Of a DNA stretch of 64,000 nucleotides, positions 61,023 through 64,000 are shown in pieces. Made by a program: the position numbers and the translations under genes. The notes beneath the pieces are model-generated. The model worked only from the letters and a program-made list of their open reading frames with translations, was not told the origin of the DNA and searched no databases. The stretch comes from Chiloscyllium plagiosum (lineage: Eukaryota): NCBI RefSeq assembly GCF_004010195.1, contig NC_057749.1, positions 10,307,387 through 10,371,386 on the forward strand. Direction: 5' to 3'. Positions within the stretch are counted from its first letter, which is position 1; each line of letters begins with the position of its first letter.

Positions 61023-61170
61023 TTAGTCACATTTCAGCATCACTTTAATTCCTAGCCGTTTCCTTGTGGTCTCAAATGCCTCAATGGCCTGGTCCAGTGA
61101 GAAACGATGTGTGATCAGAGGTTTCACGTCCACCTTCTTTGAAGCCAACATAGCAATCGCCATGGGATAC
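61023..61170 (-). CDS. SORD: Sorbitol dehydrogenase, terminal coding exon ([48 protein letters not shown])
   Basis: Pyrimidine-rich acceptor atcag|, 148 nt, TAA stop. Matches the vertebrate SORD C-terminus (P.AI.MLASK.V.VKPL.THRF...A.EAFET...LG.K.MLKCD). Absent from the supplied ORF track. Confidence 0.93.
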
Positions 61171-61364
61171 CTGATATGGAGAACACAGAGGGAACACAAC
61201 AAATTAAAAGCAGGCCATTCAACCCCTCAGGCCTGTTCTGACAATGAATAAGAACACGGTTGGTCTAATTGCGGCCCCAACTATATTTTCAGATTTGATG
61301 CCTCAAAAACTCTTCAAAAGTCTGGTCGATTGAAAATGGACTTGATACAGCCTTGGATAGCCTC

Positions 61365-61680
61365 ACGGTGGCCTGGTGGCCCAGTGATTAGCACTGCTGC
61401 CTCACAGCGCCAGGGACCCAGGTTCAATTCCACCCTCGAGTTTGCACATTCTCCCTGTACCGACATGGGTTTCCTCCAGGTGCTCCAGTTTCCTCCCACA
61501 ATCCAAAGATGTGCAGGTTAAGGTGGATTGGCCACATTGCACTGCCTATGGTGTCCAGTGTTGGGCAGGCTGGGTGGACTAGCCATAGGGAATGCCGGGG
61601 TAGGGTGGGTATGGGTGGGATGCTCTCCAAAGGGTTGGTGTGGACTCAATGGCCTGCTCCCGCCCTGTAGGGCTTTTCTG
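61365..61680 (+). mobile_element. HE1-like V-SINE
   Basis: Head and V-domain. Confidence 0.8.
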
Positions 61681-62219
61681 AATATGTTCAGTGACAGCCT
61701 CCACAGCTCTCTGAGGAAGAGAATGCCAAAAACTAATGATCCTCAGAGATATATTTTCTCTTCATCTCTGACTTAAATGAGAAAGCATTAATTTTTAAAC
61801 CATGCCCGCAGTTCTGACACATCCACAAGAGAAACACCCTGTCAGCCACTACCCTGTCAGGTTCCCTCAGGAGCTTACTAATTTCGATATGATCGCCTCT
61901 CATTCTTCAAAATGCCAATGGATATGGGCCCAACCTATCTGACATTTCCTCATAAGATAACCACTTTATCCTCAGAATCAGACAAATGGACCTTCTTTGG
62001 ACAGCTATTATATTCTTTCGGAAGGAAGCAGACCAAAACTGTGCAATGCTTAACCATACTTCATATTTTGTGTACCTAGCTGAATAACATTTGAAAAAAA
62101 TAACTTGCATTCACACCAAAGCTGATAATACAAACACATTCCGAAGCACCTAATAGGACCCTATTGAACAAAATTTGGCACCGAGCAACATTGAGGTCAA
62201 AGAGATCAGGTTTTGAGGA

Positions 62220-62522
62220 TTAGATTAGATTACCTACAGTGTGGAAACAGGCCCTTCGGCCCTACAAGTCCACACCAACCTGCCAAAGCGCAACCCACCC
62301 ACACCCATTCCCCTACACCTAACACTACGGGCAATTTAGCATGGCCAATTCACCTAACCTGCACATTTTTTTTGGACTGTGGGAGGAAACCGGAGCATCC
62401 GGAGGAAACCCACGCAGACACGGGGAAAATGTGCAAACTCCACACAGCCTGAGGCGGGAATTGAACTCAGGTCTCTGGCGCTGTGAGGCAGCAGTGCTAA
62501 CCACTGTGCCACTGTGCCGCCC
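62220..62522 (-). mobile_element. HE1-like V-SINE (well preserved)
   Basis: Complete head, V-domain and (tagat)n tail. Confidence 0.9.
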
Positions 62523-62719
62523 ACTGAGGGGAGAGAGAGATGGGGTGAGAGAGTTAGGGTGGGCTGCGATATGGGGGGAAAGGGAGATGAGAAAGAGATA
62601 GAGGGAGAAAGATGATGCTTGAGACAGAGAGTTGGAGAGACATAGAGAAAACGAGGTGGAGGGAAGAGAAAGACAGGAAAGAGAGCAAATGTGAAAGAGT
62701 TTAAGGGAGAGAGAGTTAT

Positions 62720-63135
62720 AGTCATTGAGTCATACAAGCACGGAAACTGACAATTCGTTCCAACCAGCCCATGCCGAACATAATCCCAAATTAAACTAGT
62801 CCCACCTGCCTGCTCCTGGCCCAAATCCCTCCATTCATGTACCTTCTTATTCATGTACCTATCCAAATGTCTTTTAAAGTTTGTGACTGTACCCACATCC
62901 AATACTTCCTCTGAAAGTTCATTCCATACACGAACTGGTCTCTGTGTAAAAAAATTGCTCCAATGCCTGTTTTAAATATTTCTCCTCTCATTTTAAAAAT
63001 ATGTCCCCTAATGCTGAAATCCCTCACCCCAGGGAAACCATGGGCTATACCCTTCGAGATTTTATAAACCTCTAGAAGTTCACCTCTTAACCTCCTAGTG
63101 AAAACCGCCCCAGTGAAAAATGTCCCAGCCTGTCC
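62720..63135 (-). mobile_element. CR1 3' fragment within a GA-rich low-complexity tract
   Basis: RRLRGELLEVYKI motif and tail. Confidence 0.8.
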
Positions 63136-64000
63136 AGAGATGGTGGGAGAGAGAAGCAGATGGAGACAGAGAGATACACAGTTGGAGGGACAGTCATGGA
63201 GAGAGAGAGAGAGATGGAGGAACAGTGAAGTAGAGGGAAGCATTTCAGGACACATCAGAGGTTAGAATTGGAGAACAGATATGCTGGTATATCTTGGGGC
63301 TGAAGGAGGTTACTAGGACAGAAAGGGATTAAAGCTTAGTGGAATGTGAACCACAGTTTTAAAAAAGTTAAAATTTTGTAAGATGTGGGCAGAGCTCACA
63401 AGGAAACTGAATTCGTGAGACATAGTTGCAATGAAGTCACAATTATTTAGAAATCTGTTCTAAAACAGGCAATAAAATATGATCTTAGTTAAGTAAGAGG
63501 ATTAAATATGATGCAATTGGGAACACCTAATTACTCCTTTAAGCAAGTACAAACAAACGAAAGCTCGGATTGTACAAGACTGAAGGAACTTGCAAAAGAG
63601 AAAGCTGATAAACTCACACAGGATGATGTCACGCTCAATGTTCCCTGTAAACTGTGCAGCTCAGAAACCACACACCCATCCCATCCTTCTTCATCTCCTG
63701 ACCTCCAAACACTGAGTACAGACATCAGCACAGGAACATTTCAAATTAAAGAAAAATACTTCCTCCTTCAGTTGCTTTGTTAAAAACACTCACTGTATTT
63801 CTAATTCAAGCAATTCATAAATCTAAACAAATTGCAATAATTCTGCAGAATGAATAAAATCTGTATCTAAAAGCTCTGAGTCTGTTACTAGGGCAGTGTC
63901 TGCCGATCACACAGATTGAGAACTTCTTGAGCTGTCCCTCCCTCCACACCAGGAATATATGTCTGCAGTTTCTGTCGCATTTGTACAGGAGTTACATCAG

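Noticed and set aside
63508..63783. 91-aa ORF in the last SORD intron
   Set aside because: No similarity I can recognise and no supporting exon structure; it is not the preceding SORD exon, which must lie beyond the window.

Overview
Eukaryotic, repeat-rich DNA. The HE1-type V-SINEs, HER1-type CR1 LINEs and Penelope-like elements point to a cartilaginous fish, probably a shark (inference). The + strand carries the last 20 coding exons of a dual oxidase gene (DUOX2-like, 2752-49893). All introns are GT-AG, the exons splice into one open frame of 2906 nt, and the EF-hand, heme-His, FAD and NADPH motifs are intact. The terminal exon of sorbitol dehydrogenase (SORD) lies on the - strand (61023-61170), convergent with DUOX as at the mammalian SORD/DUOX2 locus. 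Introns and intergenic DNA hold CR1 fragments, SINEs, putative solo LTRs, a Rex1/Babar tail and many short Penelope-derived insertions with hammerhead ribozyme motifs, hairpin layout and 10-15 bp target-site duplications (TSDs). The most notable items are: a 286-bp-arm Penelope hairpin with two hammerheads in the probable DUOX 3' UTR; a tRNA-Leu/SINE composite insertion; a probable twin-primed CR1; a ~430-bp intronic inverted duplication; and a skippable 63-nt exon next to a long UG tract. No prokaryotic features or CRISPR arrays were found. Repeat boundaries were read by eye and are approximate; no searches were run.
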